This document shows, one piece after another, positions 23,901 through 36,590 of a stretch of DNA of 49,166 bases. A model generated the notes under the pieces. That model was not told where the DNA came from, ran no database searches, and worked only from the letters and a program-made list of their open reading frames with translations. The stretch lies in assembly GCF_006345805.1 (NCBI RefSeq), contig NW_021835485.1, positions 1 through 49,166 of the forward strand, in the 5' to 3' direction. This stretch comes from Octopus sinensis. Taxonomy: Eukaryota. How positions within the stretch are numbered: position 1 is the first letter of the stretch; every line of letters starts with the position of its first letter. The translations under genes were made by a program, and so were the position numbers.

Positions 23901-24279
23901 TTTAACGAAAAAAAAAGAGAGAATTAAATGATAGCATTGTAGTTGCGGGTGGGGCCCCTTAGTCTCCTGGCAACCAATATTTTAAAACCCAGTCCACCAC
24001 TGCATACACATAGAGAAGAACGTACACAAGCACACACCCGTACACAAACTTTCACTGGTAGAAAAAAAAACAATTTTACACATACATCTATCGTGCGCAC
24101 TTAAATACAAACACACACACACGAACACGCGCGTACACACACATGAAAACACACACACACATACGCACAAAGAGACTCGTAAACGCTTGCAGATATTCTT
24201 TGGGTTTATTTCAGTTACCAACTGACTCACCCTTTCTCCCCCGCACACATATATTCTATATCACTTTAATACACTCACA

Positions 24280-24860
24280 CACACATATACGCACATACAT
24301 AGGGTACACAAATATACACACACATATACGCACGGACATATACGCATACACCCACATACACACACATATATATGCATATACACGCATATGCACACTACTA
24401 TACAGATACACGCATACGCGCACGTACACACATATACGCACATACATAGGGTACACAAATATACACACACATATACACACGGATATATACGCATACCCCC
24501 ACACATACACACACATATATATATATGCATATACACGCATACGCACACTACTATACAGATACACGCATACGCGCACGTACACACATATACGCACATACAT
24601 AGGGTACACAAATATACACACACATATACACACGGATATATACGCATACCCCCACACATACACACACATATATATATGCATATACACGCATACGCACACT
24701 ACTATACAGATACACGCATACGCGCACGTACACACATATACGCACATACATAGGGTACACAAATATACACACACATATATATATATATGCATATACACGC
24801 ATACGCACACTACTATACAGATACACTCATACGCGTACGTACACACATATACGTGCACAC
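24280..24860. repeat. Minisatellite, ~4 units of ~150 bp built from CA/TA-rich sequence
   Basis: The anchor TAGGGTACACAAATATACAC starts at 24300, 24447, 24600 and 24751. Confidence 0.9.
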
Positions 24861-25482
24861 ACACATACACACACAGACTTACGCACATACACACACACAT
24901 ACATATACATGCACGTGCGCGCACACACACATGTAGGGACATAACTCTTGAACTCATTTTCCTTCACTCACAATCGATAATACACACATGAACACACGCA
25001 CTTAACTCATACACTCTCCTTTTTGCTTTGTCAGTTTCTCTCTCTCTCCTTCTTGCTCCGTCACAAACACACACAAATATATTTTCCAACACACACACAC
25101 ACACATACACACACACACAAACACACATACATGCATAAGAACATTTTTTTTTGCATTCTCCTTCAGATACAATCGATTTTTGAATAAAAGCGAACATACT
25201 ATTTCACCCACAAATACAGACATATTCTCTTTCACCAACACACCAACACAAACAAACCACACACCCCATCCCGCCTCACACACACAAGGTGTGGAGAACA
25301 GAGAAGAAAATAAACAAGCCATATAGAAGATAAACAAAGAATAAATGGCTAAAATGTCGAAAAGGAGCAACGAATTTCATTTATGGTAGAAATTACGTTA
25401 AATACATGTTATCGCCATGTACGGTACTTATAGCGCGATATTGTGTACAATACTTCGTATAATGTGTATGTTTACGTATTTA

Positions 25483-26232
25483 TGTATTATTGAGTGGTAA
25501 TATGAATCCCCATTTAAACGTGAATGTTCTGTTAGAACAAACTATACTGCGGTAGTTACCATGAGAGAAATTCTCACGTAGGCTTTTAGTGCAAAATGCA
25601 CTGATGTTTATATAGCTAGCCGGGAGCTAGCCCCACCAACTCCAGCACCGAGAATACCATATCGCTAGCCGGGAGCTAGCCCCACCAACTCCAGCGCCGA
25701 GAATACCATATCACATGATTTCAACCTTCCTTGGTCTCATCGGTGATAGACTCTCGACTGCTAGAGATAGCTAGCATCAACTCATCTCTCTGCCAGCGAT
25801 ATATAGACAATCAGTACCTGAATAGGAACTGATTTTACGATTAGCCAGTCAGCTTGTTAAGAAATATATATTAGCAGCAGAGGAACAATTAGTACCGAGA
25901 GTTAATGTTTATTTATATGATGAGGCACTGGCCCAAGGTGTCACGCAGCAGGACTGAACGTGGATGATCTGTTTGAATAAAGAATAAATGGCGGCGAAAT
26001 TCACTGCTATCTCAAGCACTCAAGCGTCCATCATTAACAAGACCAAGGAAGGTCGAAATAAAGGTGATCTGGGGGTTTCGAAGCTGATGGTGATGGCGAT
26101 TTATCTTCCCGCCAGCGATATAAACAAGAATGCATTTTGCATCAAAAACCAATAAGAGGCCGGGGTATAGTTTGTTATACAATAAGGTTCACGTTTAAGT
26201 AGGGATACATATTATCACTCGGTATTAATACA
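25483..26232. mobile_element. MITE / non-autonomous DNA transposon with ~70-bp imperfect TIRs
   Basis: 25483-25552 is a reverse-complement match to 26160-26232 (GAGTGGTAATATGAATCCCCATTTAAACGTGAA... versus ...TTCACGTTTAAGTAGGGATACATATTATCACTC). An inner inverted pair lies at 25718-25771 / 26006-26059. Confidence 0.7.
25615..25712. repeat. 49-bp tandem duplication (1 mismatch)
   Basis: GCTAGCCGGGAGCTAGCCCCACCAACTCCAGC(A/G)CCGAGAATACCATATC x2. Confidence 0.95.
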
Positions 26233-26234
26233 GC

Positions 26235-26649
26235 CTCTTTCTCTTTTACTCTCTTTTACTTGTTTCAGTCATTTGACTGCGGCCATGCTGGAGCACCGCC
26301 TTTAGTCGAGCAAATCAACCCCGGGACTTAATCTTTGTAAGCCCAGTACTTATTCTATCGGTCTCTTTTGCCGAACCGCTAAGTGACAGAGGACGTAAAC
26401 ACACCAGCATCGGTTGTCAAGCAATGCTAGGGGGGACAACAGACACACAAACACATAGATACATACATATATATATACATATATACGACAGGCTTCTTTC
26501 AGTTTCCGTCTACCAAATCCACTCACAAGGCATTGGTCGGCCCGGGGCTATAGCAGAAGACACTTGCCCAAGATGTCACGCAGTGGGACTGAACCCGGAA
26601 CCATGTGGTTGGTTAGCAAGCTACTTACCACACAGCCACTCCTGCGCCT
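26235..26649 (-). mobile_element. SINE family A, full length
   Basis: Complete reverse-complement copy. Confidence 0.9.
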
Positions 26650-27099
26650 CTGTCATTAATATATATTTCTTAACGAAATCATTAGCTAATCGCGACACCA
26701 GCGCCTGTTCTGGGACTGTTATTCTCTATATCGCCCGTGAGGCGATGAATCGCAGCTATCACTAGAGGTCGAGCGTCCGTCATTGAAAAGACCTAAGAAG
26801 GTCGAAATAATATTATCTGGTCATCTCGAAGCTGAAGATAGCGGGATTTATGCGCAAAAACCCAATTTAAAATTTTTACTCATCGTACCTACCGCAGGTT
26901 AGTTTGGTCTTATAGAGCATTCATCCTCTCGATATTTAAACTGTCTCTGTTGCTAATACATAGTAATTAGATCAATTGATATATCCGTTCTGTGTTGAGA
27001 GACGAGTAAAGGTGTACTCAATACTATAATCAAAACAAGGGATGACAGGTTCCTCGTGAATCGCTGGCTCAGAAGGCAGATGTCACGGATTCTGTAGTG

Positions 27100-27290
27100 C
27101 ATATAGTACCCTGTTGGTATGAGACGCCGGTCCATCGCAGGGTGGCCACTTGTGCCATCTGAGTGGAATGGAGTCACGTGAAATGAAGTATTTTGCTCAA
27201 GAACACAACGCATTAACAGAGCCATGAATCGAAATCACAATCTTACGGCTATGAATGCGAAGCCCTAACCACAAAGCCACGCAGACCCAC
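27100..27290 (-). mobile_element. SINE family F (tRNA head, CORE-like segment, V-like segment), diverged
   Basis: Minus strand has GTGGCTTTGTGGTTAGG...TTGTGTTCTTGAGCAAAATACTT (CORE-like) and CCCTGCGATGGACCGGCGTC (V-domain-like). Confidence 0.55.
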
Positions 27291-27309
27291 TCAATACCAT
27301 ACTAGACTA

Positions 27310-27445
27310 ATAGTCCTTTCTGTTAAGGGCACAACGCCTGAGATTTTGGGAGACAGGCTTTGTCGATTACATGAACCTCAGTGCTCAACTGGTACTTATT
27401 TTGTCCACCCGAAAGGATGGAAGGCGAAGTCGACAAAATTTGACT
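27310..27445 (-). mobile_element. SINE family B fragment
   Basis: CAACTGGTACTTATTTTGTCCACCCGAAAGGATGGAAGGCGAAGTCGAC. Confidence 0.65.
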
Positions 27446-27539
27446 TCACAACGTAGAGGCAAAGTTGTATGGTAAAACGCTTGCTTCCCAATCATATGAC
27501 TCTGAGCTCAATATCACACTGCGTTAAACATCACAAAAG

Positions 27540-27915
27540 CGGGGTGCTGGCAGAAATGTTAGCACGCCGGACGAAACACTTAGAGGTATTTCGTCTGCCG
27601 TTACGTTGTGAGTTCAAATTCCAGCGAGGTCGACTTTGCCTTTCATCCTTTCGGGGTCGATTAAATAAGTACCAGTTACGCACTGGGGTCGATATAATTG
27701 ACTTAATCCGTTTGTCTGTCCTTGTTTGTCCCCTTTGTATTTAGCCCCTTGTGTGTAGTAAAGAAATAGGTATTTCGTCTGTCTTTATGTTCTGAGTTCA
27801 AATTCCGCCGAGGTCGACTTTACCTTTCGTTCTTTCGGGGTCGATAAACTAAATACCAGTTGCGCACTAGGGTCGATCTAATCGACTGTCCTCCATCCCT
27901 CAAAATTTCGTTTTT
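27540..27915 (+). mobile_element. SINE family B with duplicated body
   Basis: Head, a ~190-bp unit ending AAAGAAATAGGTATTTCGTCTG, then a second body. Confidence 0.85.
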
Positions 27916-27939
27916 TTTTGCCTCGAGTAGAAAAGAATA

Positions 27940-28050
27940 GCACACTGCGTGGCACCTTAGACAAGTGTCTTCTACTCTTTCCCAGGGCCGACTAAAGCCT
28001 TGTGAGTGGATATAGTAGACGGAAACTGAAAGAAATCCTATCATGTATTT
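27940..28050 (+). mobile_element. SINE family A fragment
   Basis: CACTGCGTGGCACCTTAGACAAGTGTCTTCTAC...GACGGAAACTGAAAGAA. Confidence 0.75.
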
Positions 28051-28101
28051 ATATGTATATATATATATGTTTGGATTACTTATATTATATATATATATAT
28101 A

Positions 28102-28154
<53 letters not shown>

Positions 28155-28159
<5 letters not shown>

Positions 28160-28355
28160 TAATCCAAACAAGAAAACAAAACAACACAACAACGCGAGGG
28201 ACGTGGAACAAATAAAGTATTATGGGACGCTCAGGAGAGAAGGGAGAAGGAGTCTAACGTTTCGAGCGGAGCTCTTCGTCGGAACATAGGAGAAGGAAAG
28301 ATCCCGAGAAGGGAAGACTGAGGAAAAAAATCACCAGTGGTACTCACGAGGTCAC
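28155..28355 (-). mobile_element. Fragment with a minimal hammerhead-like motif, probably a Penelope-like element terminus, inside (TA)n
   Basis: Minus strand 28256-28284 reads TT-CCGACGA-A-GAGC-TCC-GCTC-GAAA-CGTT. (TA)n on both sides. Confidence 0.55.
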
Positions 28356-28357
28356 AC

Positions 28358-28415
<58 letters not shown>

Positions 28416-28424
28416 CTTGTAGTT

Positions 28425-28780
28425 TTTTAAATTGTTTCAGTCATTTAACTGCAGCTATACTGGAGCAGTGCCTTGAAATGTTTTTGTCAAACAATTCGAC
28501 CCCAGCACTTGTATTCAAATCCAATATTTGTTCTATCGATCTTTCTGCCCAACCGTTAGATTATAGCAGACGTAAACACACCAACACCGGTTGTCAAACG
28601 ATGATGGCGCAACACACACAGACGCAAAGATACATACCGTCTACCAAGCCCAATCACAAGGCTATGATCTGCCCGAAGCTATAGTAGAAGACACTCGCAC
28701 AAGTTGCCGGCACACAGTGGGACTGAACCCACAATCGTGTGGTTCGGAAGCATGCTTCTCACGACACAGCCACGCCTGAT

Positions 28781-28859
<79 letters not shown>

Positions 28860-29018
28860 CGAGTGGGGTTCTTTCAGTTTCCGTCTATCAAATCCAGTCA
28901 CAAGGCTTTGTTAGGCCCGAGGCTATAGTAGAAGACATTTGCCCAAGGTGCCACGCAGCAGGACTGAACCCGGAACCATGTGGTTGGTAAGCAAGCTACT
29001 TACCACACACCAACTCCT
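28425..29018 (-). mobile_element. Two adjacent diverged family A SINE remnants separated by (CA)n(TA)n
   Basis: A tail plus deleted head at 28425-28780, and a second 5' half at 28860-29018. Confidence 0.7.
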
Positions 29019-29479
29019 GTGGTAATGTTGGTAAAATTGCCAAACACCCCTCAAACGGCATCGAACGAACTTGAATAGTAATATACTTTGAACAAGGCAA
29101 CCCGAGTGGGGATTGAGGTTACATTGTGCCTCATAGGTTCGGGGTAAGTCATGAAAACGAACCGATTGATCACGGGCTAACTGGATTAGCACTGACCTGG
29201 GGTTAAAGAAAGTGCTAGTGAATCACGCAAAGTAGCACGATCGACCATCACCGTTATAATGTATTATCACCTTCGTCATTGAATCACGGAAATTATCGAT
29301 GACACGAACGGTGGTTTTCGTCGTCATCATCATCACCATCATCATCGTCATCATCATCGTCATCGTCATCTCATCATCATCATCATCATCATCATAACCA
29401 TCACGACTTTTCATGACCAGTGTCAACGGGAAAAAAATCGTTTGCTTTTGTTTCCGCTCGGAATATAAAAGTATATACA

Positions 29480-29568
29480 CATAAAAACATGTATGTGTGA
29501 GTGTGTGTGTGTTCGTTTATGTGTGTGAGAGAGAAAGCACGTGTGCATGTGTGTGTATGCATATATAT

Positions 29569-29611
<43 letters not shown>

Positions 29612-30398
29612 TATACAAACTCATATATGCACACATATATATATATTTATGTCTCTCTCTCTATATATGTGTGCGTGTGTGTAATATAAGTGTGTATAAT
29701 ATATAACATACACGATTTAACCCTTTAACTAGTTACAGCCCGAAAGCTCCGGTCACGATGCGGCACCACATCTAACCACATACACGCACGTGCATGCGCC
29801 ACGCCACGAAAATTGCAATTCATGTATATGTGTACATCAATTCATCCATCCGTCCATAAGTATCAATACATACAAATATATATACATATACGATATATAA
29901 TATATGTATATATACATATATAATTTTTATAATTATATATATATATATATATGATATATTATATATGTATATATACTATATAATTTTTTTTAATTATATA
30001 TATTATATATATATATATATATAGTATGTATGTATGTAGTATATATATATATATATATATATTTCTTACTTGAAAAATATATATTGCATATATGTATACG
30101 CATATATATACATACACACACACACACACACACACAATATATTATATATATATATATATACAACTTTAAAAATATATATGTATATATATGTATTATTTAT
30201 TTATATATATTAAATATGTATATCTATAGATTACATATATATGGTATTATATATATTTACGTATAAATGTCTACAGATATATGTGTGTATACAAAGCATA
30301 TATATGTATGTGCATATATGTGTAGATATATGTATATATATTATATTGTATATATATATATATATATTATATATATATAATATATATATATATATTAT

Positions 30399-30429
<31 letters not shown>

Positions 30430-30889
30430 AATATGTTTGTATGTATGTAGTTTGTGAGTGTGTGTGTGTCCATCTCTTCCACCATTCGAAGTAAAGCGAC
30501 TCTACATTTCTATGATAACATTCTACAAGTACGACACCAAAGACAACACCAAGTGCTTCGGCGAAATGTAAACAGCAGCAACTGTGTCGATAAGAATAAC
30601 AACTACAAGAATAACTACGACACCAATTTCACGAGGAACAACACCACCAACATCACTACCACCGCTACGTCAGCCATTCACAACAACAACAGCAATAACA
30701 ACAACAGCATCAACAATTATAGAAAGAGAATGTGATTAAATCTGAAGTCGTTGCTTAACGTTAGATGAAATCTTTTAACACGGCAACAGTTAGAGAATTC
30801 AAAGGCTCCGTTAATATCTCTCAAACTAGGTTCGTCCCCACCATCTCTCTCTCTCTCTCCTCTCTCATGTTCGTCTGATACACACACAT

Positions 30890-30934
<45 letters not shown>

Positions 30935-31023
30935 TAATATATATATATATATATATACAGTGAGACAGACAGACAGAGAGAGTGAGAGATAATATACACA
31001 TATACATACACACGCACACAGAG

Positions 31024-31069
<46 letters not shown>

Positions 31070-31440
31070 ATATGCATGGATATATGTACATACACAACTA
31101 TATGCAGGAAAGTGTGGACGAATTCTTGTGTATATACATGTATGCATATATATAATGATTATCTGTCTACACATCTAATATATATGTATATATATATATA
31201 TATATATGCATGTACGTATGTATGTATAAAGATATATATATATATATGTATATGTGTATATACATATGTGTGTAGATATACATACATAAGTATATAAATA
31301 AATACATGTGTTTGTGTACATATATATGTGTGTATATTTGCATATTAATTTACGTTAACATGTGTATTTGTACACATATTGTATATGCATGTAATGAGCG
31401 TGTATATGTATATGTTTATATATGAATACACACAAACACT

Positions 31441-31471
<31 letters not shown>

Positions 31472-31656
31472 ATATGCATATACATATATATATATATATA
31501 TACATATTTACATATGCATATATATTTATATATACATATGCATACATATATACGTATACATACACACATATATATATACATATGCATATATATACATATA
31601 TACAGATATGTATATATTTATGTATGCATGTTATTAATTTGTGTATATATTCATAC

Positions 31657-31690
<34 letters not shown>

Positions 31691-31870
31691 GTATATACAC
31701 ATACATTTGTTTATATATGTATATATGCGTGCGCGTGTGGGTGAGTGTGCGTGTGTATGTGTTCGTACGTATGATGTGAATGCATTTATATGTACTTGTA
31801 ACTGTACGTCTACGTCTTACTGTCTTACTGAACGCCTGTGCTTACGTGTCTGCGCGCGTGCCTCCGTGTG
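29480..31870. repeat. Extended (TA)n/(CA)n/(TG)n low-complexity field with short unique islands
   Basis: Read directly from the sequence. Confidence 0.85.
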
Positions 31871-32241
31871 TGCTTATATAATATTCCGGCAGGAATTATT
31901 AAGACAGTAAACGGTCGATGGAAATGAAGTCTTTATCTTCGTAATAGGTCTCATTGTCGGAGTGTTTGTAAGAGAGCTGCAACATATATCTGTCTTCCCA
32001 CTGATAAGCAACAACCGGCGAATTAAGTTGGCTTCTGATAAAATAGACACAGCTTAACGGAGAATTCTCGATGAATTGAGCGATCAGATTATTTTAAACT
32101 CGTAATAAAACGATCAACTATTCATGCTTATTCAATATTCTTAATTTTCGGCAAAGCTCTTTAATTGATATGTCCAAATATGTATGCATATATGTATGTA
32201 CATATATAGACATACATACGTACATACATTTATATATATAC

Positions 32242-32294
<53 letters not shown>

Positions 32295-32673
32295 ATCACA
32301 CAACTATAAATAGGGTGTCTGAGAGACACCACCATGCCGAAATAGCAGTCAAATCCCTGACTCTAAAAACCACCTTAAATGTTCATATCGCACCATGAGA
32401 TAAGACAGAGGGACAAAATAGACTAGGAAAAAGATATTACTGAATAATTCAAGATCCTGGAATTCTAGCTTTGCTTCAAATAAGCTCTGCCTTCGTCAGT
32501 TGAATATATAAGTTGGGCACATAAATACAAATATATATATATACGGAACACACGTTATACTTACATATATGAACGTCCATACATACATGTATATATGCAC
32601 GTATGTACAAGACCAGTCCAAATTGCGCGCCAACCACCTCATAAGCACGATATGGTCAAAATAAACACTGCAG

Positions 32674-32712
<39 letters not shown>

Positions 32713-32714
<2 letters not shown>

Positions 32715-32953
32715 CAACAATTGAGAAACGGCTATAATAGGCCGTTCGACCCACTAGAAATAGCAGCCAGGTCTCCAACCGCAAATAGTAGTAATTCCGA
32801 AATCAGAGGAAAAATTAAAAAACATTTACCCTGATTTTTTTAATTTTTTAATTTTTCCTCTGATTTCGGAATTACTACTATTTGCGGTTGGAGACCTGGC
32901 TGCTATTTCTAGTGGGTCGAACGGCCTATTATAGCCGTTCCTCAATTGTTGTT
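32713..32953. repeat. Near-perfect inverted repeat: 110-bp arms, 21-bp spacer
   Basis: 32713-32822 is the reverse complement of 32844-32953 with one mismatch (GAGAAAC versus GAGGAAC). Confidence 0.95.
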
Positions 32954-33366
32954 GAATTTATTAATAGTCTCTGACCATTTCCTCTTTCTCACTAGACCGC
33001 TGGTGGCAAAATAATTTCTATTGAATTTTTTGCTACCCTAATATTGATATATATATATATATCTTGTTTGTTTGTCTGTTTCACGAGGCAAGGCAGGAAA
33101 TAGCGTATTTTGCAAAAATATGAGGAACGATAACGGAAACAGAAAAGAGAAAATTCCGTGTTGTGTCGAAGTGAATCCAGAAATATCTGGATGAATGGAC
33201 TAGCCCTGTCGCTTCTCGTAATCGCTCACTCAATGTCTGTGTCCGTCTGAGTCTCTATGTCTGTCTGTCTGCCTTTCTGTCTGTTTGTGTCTGTCTGTCT
33301 GTCACTCTGTGTTTCTGTCTGCCAGTCTGTTTGTCTATCTCTGTCTGTCTGTCTGTCTGTCTGTCT

Positions 33367-33412
<46 letters not shown>

Positions 33413-33855
33413 GCTCACGCACACCAATGGTACAGTCAATACCCGTTCTACTTCCGGTTCGAGTCTCTGGCGCAGCCGTCGACGTTTTCTATCCAAAACG
33501 CTTTAATGCCCCAACATTTACACGCATCAGGATTCACCAACAGCAAGTTAAACCTCTCGCTGGTAAAAATAACGTTTCTAAAACGGATAGGAAAACTCGA
33601 AGGATTGCTTTGGTCTAATGATAGTGCGCCTGATATTTGTGTAGCAGATAGGGGATCGTTTTCTAAGGGCAGCCTTCGACGTTTTCTGCACAAAAGTTTT
33701 TTAACCCAATATTTACACTTTATTATTTAAAGATCCATCAGCTTCGATATTCACCGTTCTCAAAACAATTGTTTCAGGTTCTCTCGAAGTTTCTAAATAG
33801 ATATGACATCAACAATATACATAATGCATGCATACACACATACATACATATATGT

Positions 33856-34015
33856 GTGGGGCTGTGTGGTAAGAAGCTTGCTTCCCAGCTACATGGTTCC
33901 CTGTTTCACTCCCACTACATGACACCATGGGCAAGTGTCTTCTACTATAGCCTCGGGCCGACCAAGGTCTTGTGAGTGGATCTGGTAGACGGAAACTAAA
34001 AGAAACCAGTCGTAT

Positions 34016-34104
<89 letters not shown>

Positions 34105-34495
34105 TGTGTGTGTGTGTAAATATATATATAGTTGGAATTTACAAAAAAAAAACAAGCAAAACAAAAGACGAAGACAGGTGGCGTAGACAAGAAACACGTG
34201 TAGTAGTTTAACGCTCGGGAAGCGAGAAAGTCATTTACATTTCGAGCCTACGCTCTTCAACAGAAACGAACACAGAAATAAAGAGATGCTTGTGTGTCTG
34301 TGTTTGTCCCTCACCATCGTTTGACAACCGATGTTGGCGTGTTTACGCCCCCGTAACTTAGTAGTTCGGCAAAAGTGACGAATAGAATAGGTACTAGGAT
34401 TATAAACAATAAGGCCTGGCGTCAATTTGTTTGACTAAAGGTGGTGGTCCAGCATGGCCGCAGTCAAATGACAGAAACAAGTAAAAGAATAAAAG
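33856..34495 (+). mobile_element. SINE family A, diverged, with expanded internal microsatellite and a nested insert
   Basis: Head to ~34012, then (TA)n(TG)n, an insert at 34131-34286, and the family A tail. Confidence 0.8.
34131..34286 (-). mobile_element. Second hammerhead-motif fragment, homologous to 28155-28355
   Basis: Minus strand 34234-34266 reads TTT-CTGTTGA-A-GAGC-GTAG-GCTC-GAAA-TGTA-AA; the flanks align loosely with the first copy. Confidence 0.5.
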
Positions 34496-34719
34496 TATAG
34501 ACGCATACACACACACACACACACACCACACACACACACACCACACACACACACGCATACATCCACATACATAATATATATATAGGATAATTCGGACAAG
34601 ATCCTCATAACGTGCATTTAAAGCCTCTTATGCTTTTATTTGGTTCCGACATGTTATCGTACAAGAGGGGAATGTTCCAGCGTTGGATACGCATGCGGAA
34701 CTCCTCCTTCCATAAAATT

Positions 34720-35002
34720 GTTGTTGTTGTTGTTTGTTCCTTCTCGAGCCACGCCTGGCTCATAAGGGCCGGCATCCCGGTGACCTAGGCGTATAGGTTC
34801 TCCACCTGGACAGGACGCCGGTCCGTCGCAGGTGAGCTGCAAGAAAACATTCAGCAGAAGTTTCGCCATTACCTTCTGCCGGAGCCGCGTGGAGCTTATG
34901 TGTTTTCGCTCATAAACACACACATCCCCTGGTCTAAGATTCGAACCTGCGATCCCTCTTCCGCGAGTCCCCTGCTCTAACCACTAGGCCATGTGCCTCC
35001 AC
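34720..35002 (-). mobile_element. SINE family D (family C-like head, V-like segment, (AAC)n tail)
   Basis: Head GTGGAGGCACATGGCCTAGTGGTTAGAGCAGGGACTCGCGG; body CCTGCGACGGACCGGCGTCCTGTCCAGG. Perfect 12-bp TSD TTCCATAAAATT at 34708-34719 and 35003-35014. Confidence 0.9.
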
Positions 35003-35140
35003 TTCCATAAAATTACCACAAATGAAGTATAACACAAGGATAGAGGATATCAGGCTTTAATAGTAGATCACAGCATTTGTTTCTTTATCATATACCAGCA
35101 TTATATGGCATCATAGAAGATCATTATTTATAAGCTTTAT

Positions 35141-35538
35141 AGGCGCAGGTGTGGCTGTGTGGTAAGTAGCTTGCTTACCAACCACATGGTTCCGGGTTCA
35201 GTCCCATTGCGTGGCAACTTGGGCAAGTGTCTTCTGCTATAGCCCCGGGCCGACCAAGGCCTTGTGAGTGGATTTGGTAGACGGAAACTGAAAGAAGCCC
35301 GTCGTATATATGTATATATATATATGTGTGTGTGTGTATGTTTGTGCGTCTGTGTTTGTCCCCCTAGCATTGCTTGACAACCGATGCTGGTGTGTTTACG
35401 TCCCCGTAACTTAGCGGTTCGGAAAAAGGGACCGATAGAATAAGTACTGGGCTTACAAAGAATAAGTCCCGGGGTCGATTTGCTCGACTAAAGGCGGTGC
35501 TCCAGCATGGCCGCAGTCAAATGACTGAAACAAGTAAA
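35141..35538 (+). mobile_element. SINE family A, full length
   Basis: Complete head, body and tail. Confidence 0.9.
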
Positions 35539-35894
35539 TTCAAAGGGTTAGACACGATGGTGGTTCTGTTTATCGTCTGTTTTAGTTGGTCTTTGTAGAA
35601 TCGTCAAAGCGCAGCCGCGTAATCTCTTGTGGATGCTGAATTCCCTGAAGATGAGTCCATGCGGCGCTCTGGCGTTCTTCGAGCGGTGGAAGGACATGCC
35701 CAAATATAAGGGTGTCGATGCGGGGGATGAGTATTAGGTCTGTAAGGGATGTGTACCAGAAACGTGCGCAGTGCGCTCTGCTGAAACGGAGTGGAGACAT
35801 GCTCCACTCCAAAGCAGCTGTTTACCAAGTAGAAATCATAACCACGAAGCCATGTTAGAGGCTACGTCTCCGCTTTACAATACAGGCAAGACTG

Positions 35895-36191
35895 CACACA
35901 CACGCACACACAGACAAACACACACACACACTCACACACACACATATATATGTTTCTTTATAAGTGTGTGTGTGTTTATATATATATGTATGTATGTATA
36001 TACAGACATATGTATACGTATATATATATGTGTGTGTGTATAGCTATATGCTTACATATATATATATACACACATATATATATATACATACATACATAAA
36101 TACATACATACATGCATGCATACATACGCACATAAAAACTGACTCACATATACATATACACATACAAACGCACACACACACACACGCGCAC

Positions 36192-36240
<49 letters not shown>

Positions 36241-36558
36241 TAAAATGCTTCTTATGGAAAATCATTAGCGTTCCAAGAAGCACAATAATGGAAGAAGCCA
36301 GCGGTAAATTTCTTAATAAACAACCTTTGAAAACTTACATACACCACTCTTTCCTTTCCTCCATCTCTCATCTCTCTCATTCTCTCTCCTCTCTCTCTCG
36401 CTCTCCCTTTCTTACTCTCTCATTTACCCTCCGTATCACTTCGTTTTCTCTCTCTCACTCTCTCTCATCTTGCTTACAACTTAATCTGACCTTTGACAAC
36501 ACACGCATATAGACATACGCACACACAATACACACACACACACGCACGCACGCAAACA

Positions 36559-36590
<32 letters not shown>

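Noticed and set aside
25344-25395. ATGGCTAAAATGTCGAAAAGG...TTATG|GTAG as a first coding exon
   Set aside because: Very short, weak donor site, and no recognisable homology or downstream exon.
24280-25712. Regularly spaced repeats as a CRISPR array
   Set aside because: No unique spacers and no cas genes; the context is eukaryotic and the units are plain tandem duplications.
30454-30735. Asn/Thr-rich 93-aa ORF
   Set aside because: Consistent with decayed (AAC)n sequence and flanked by microsatellites; no recognisable domain.
31900-32110. ~64-codon open frame on the minus strand (LIAQFIENSPLSCVYF...)
   Set aside because: No recognisable family and no convincing splice-site pair.
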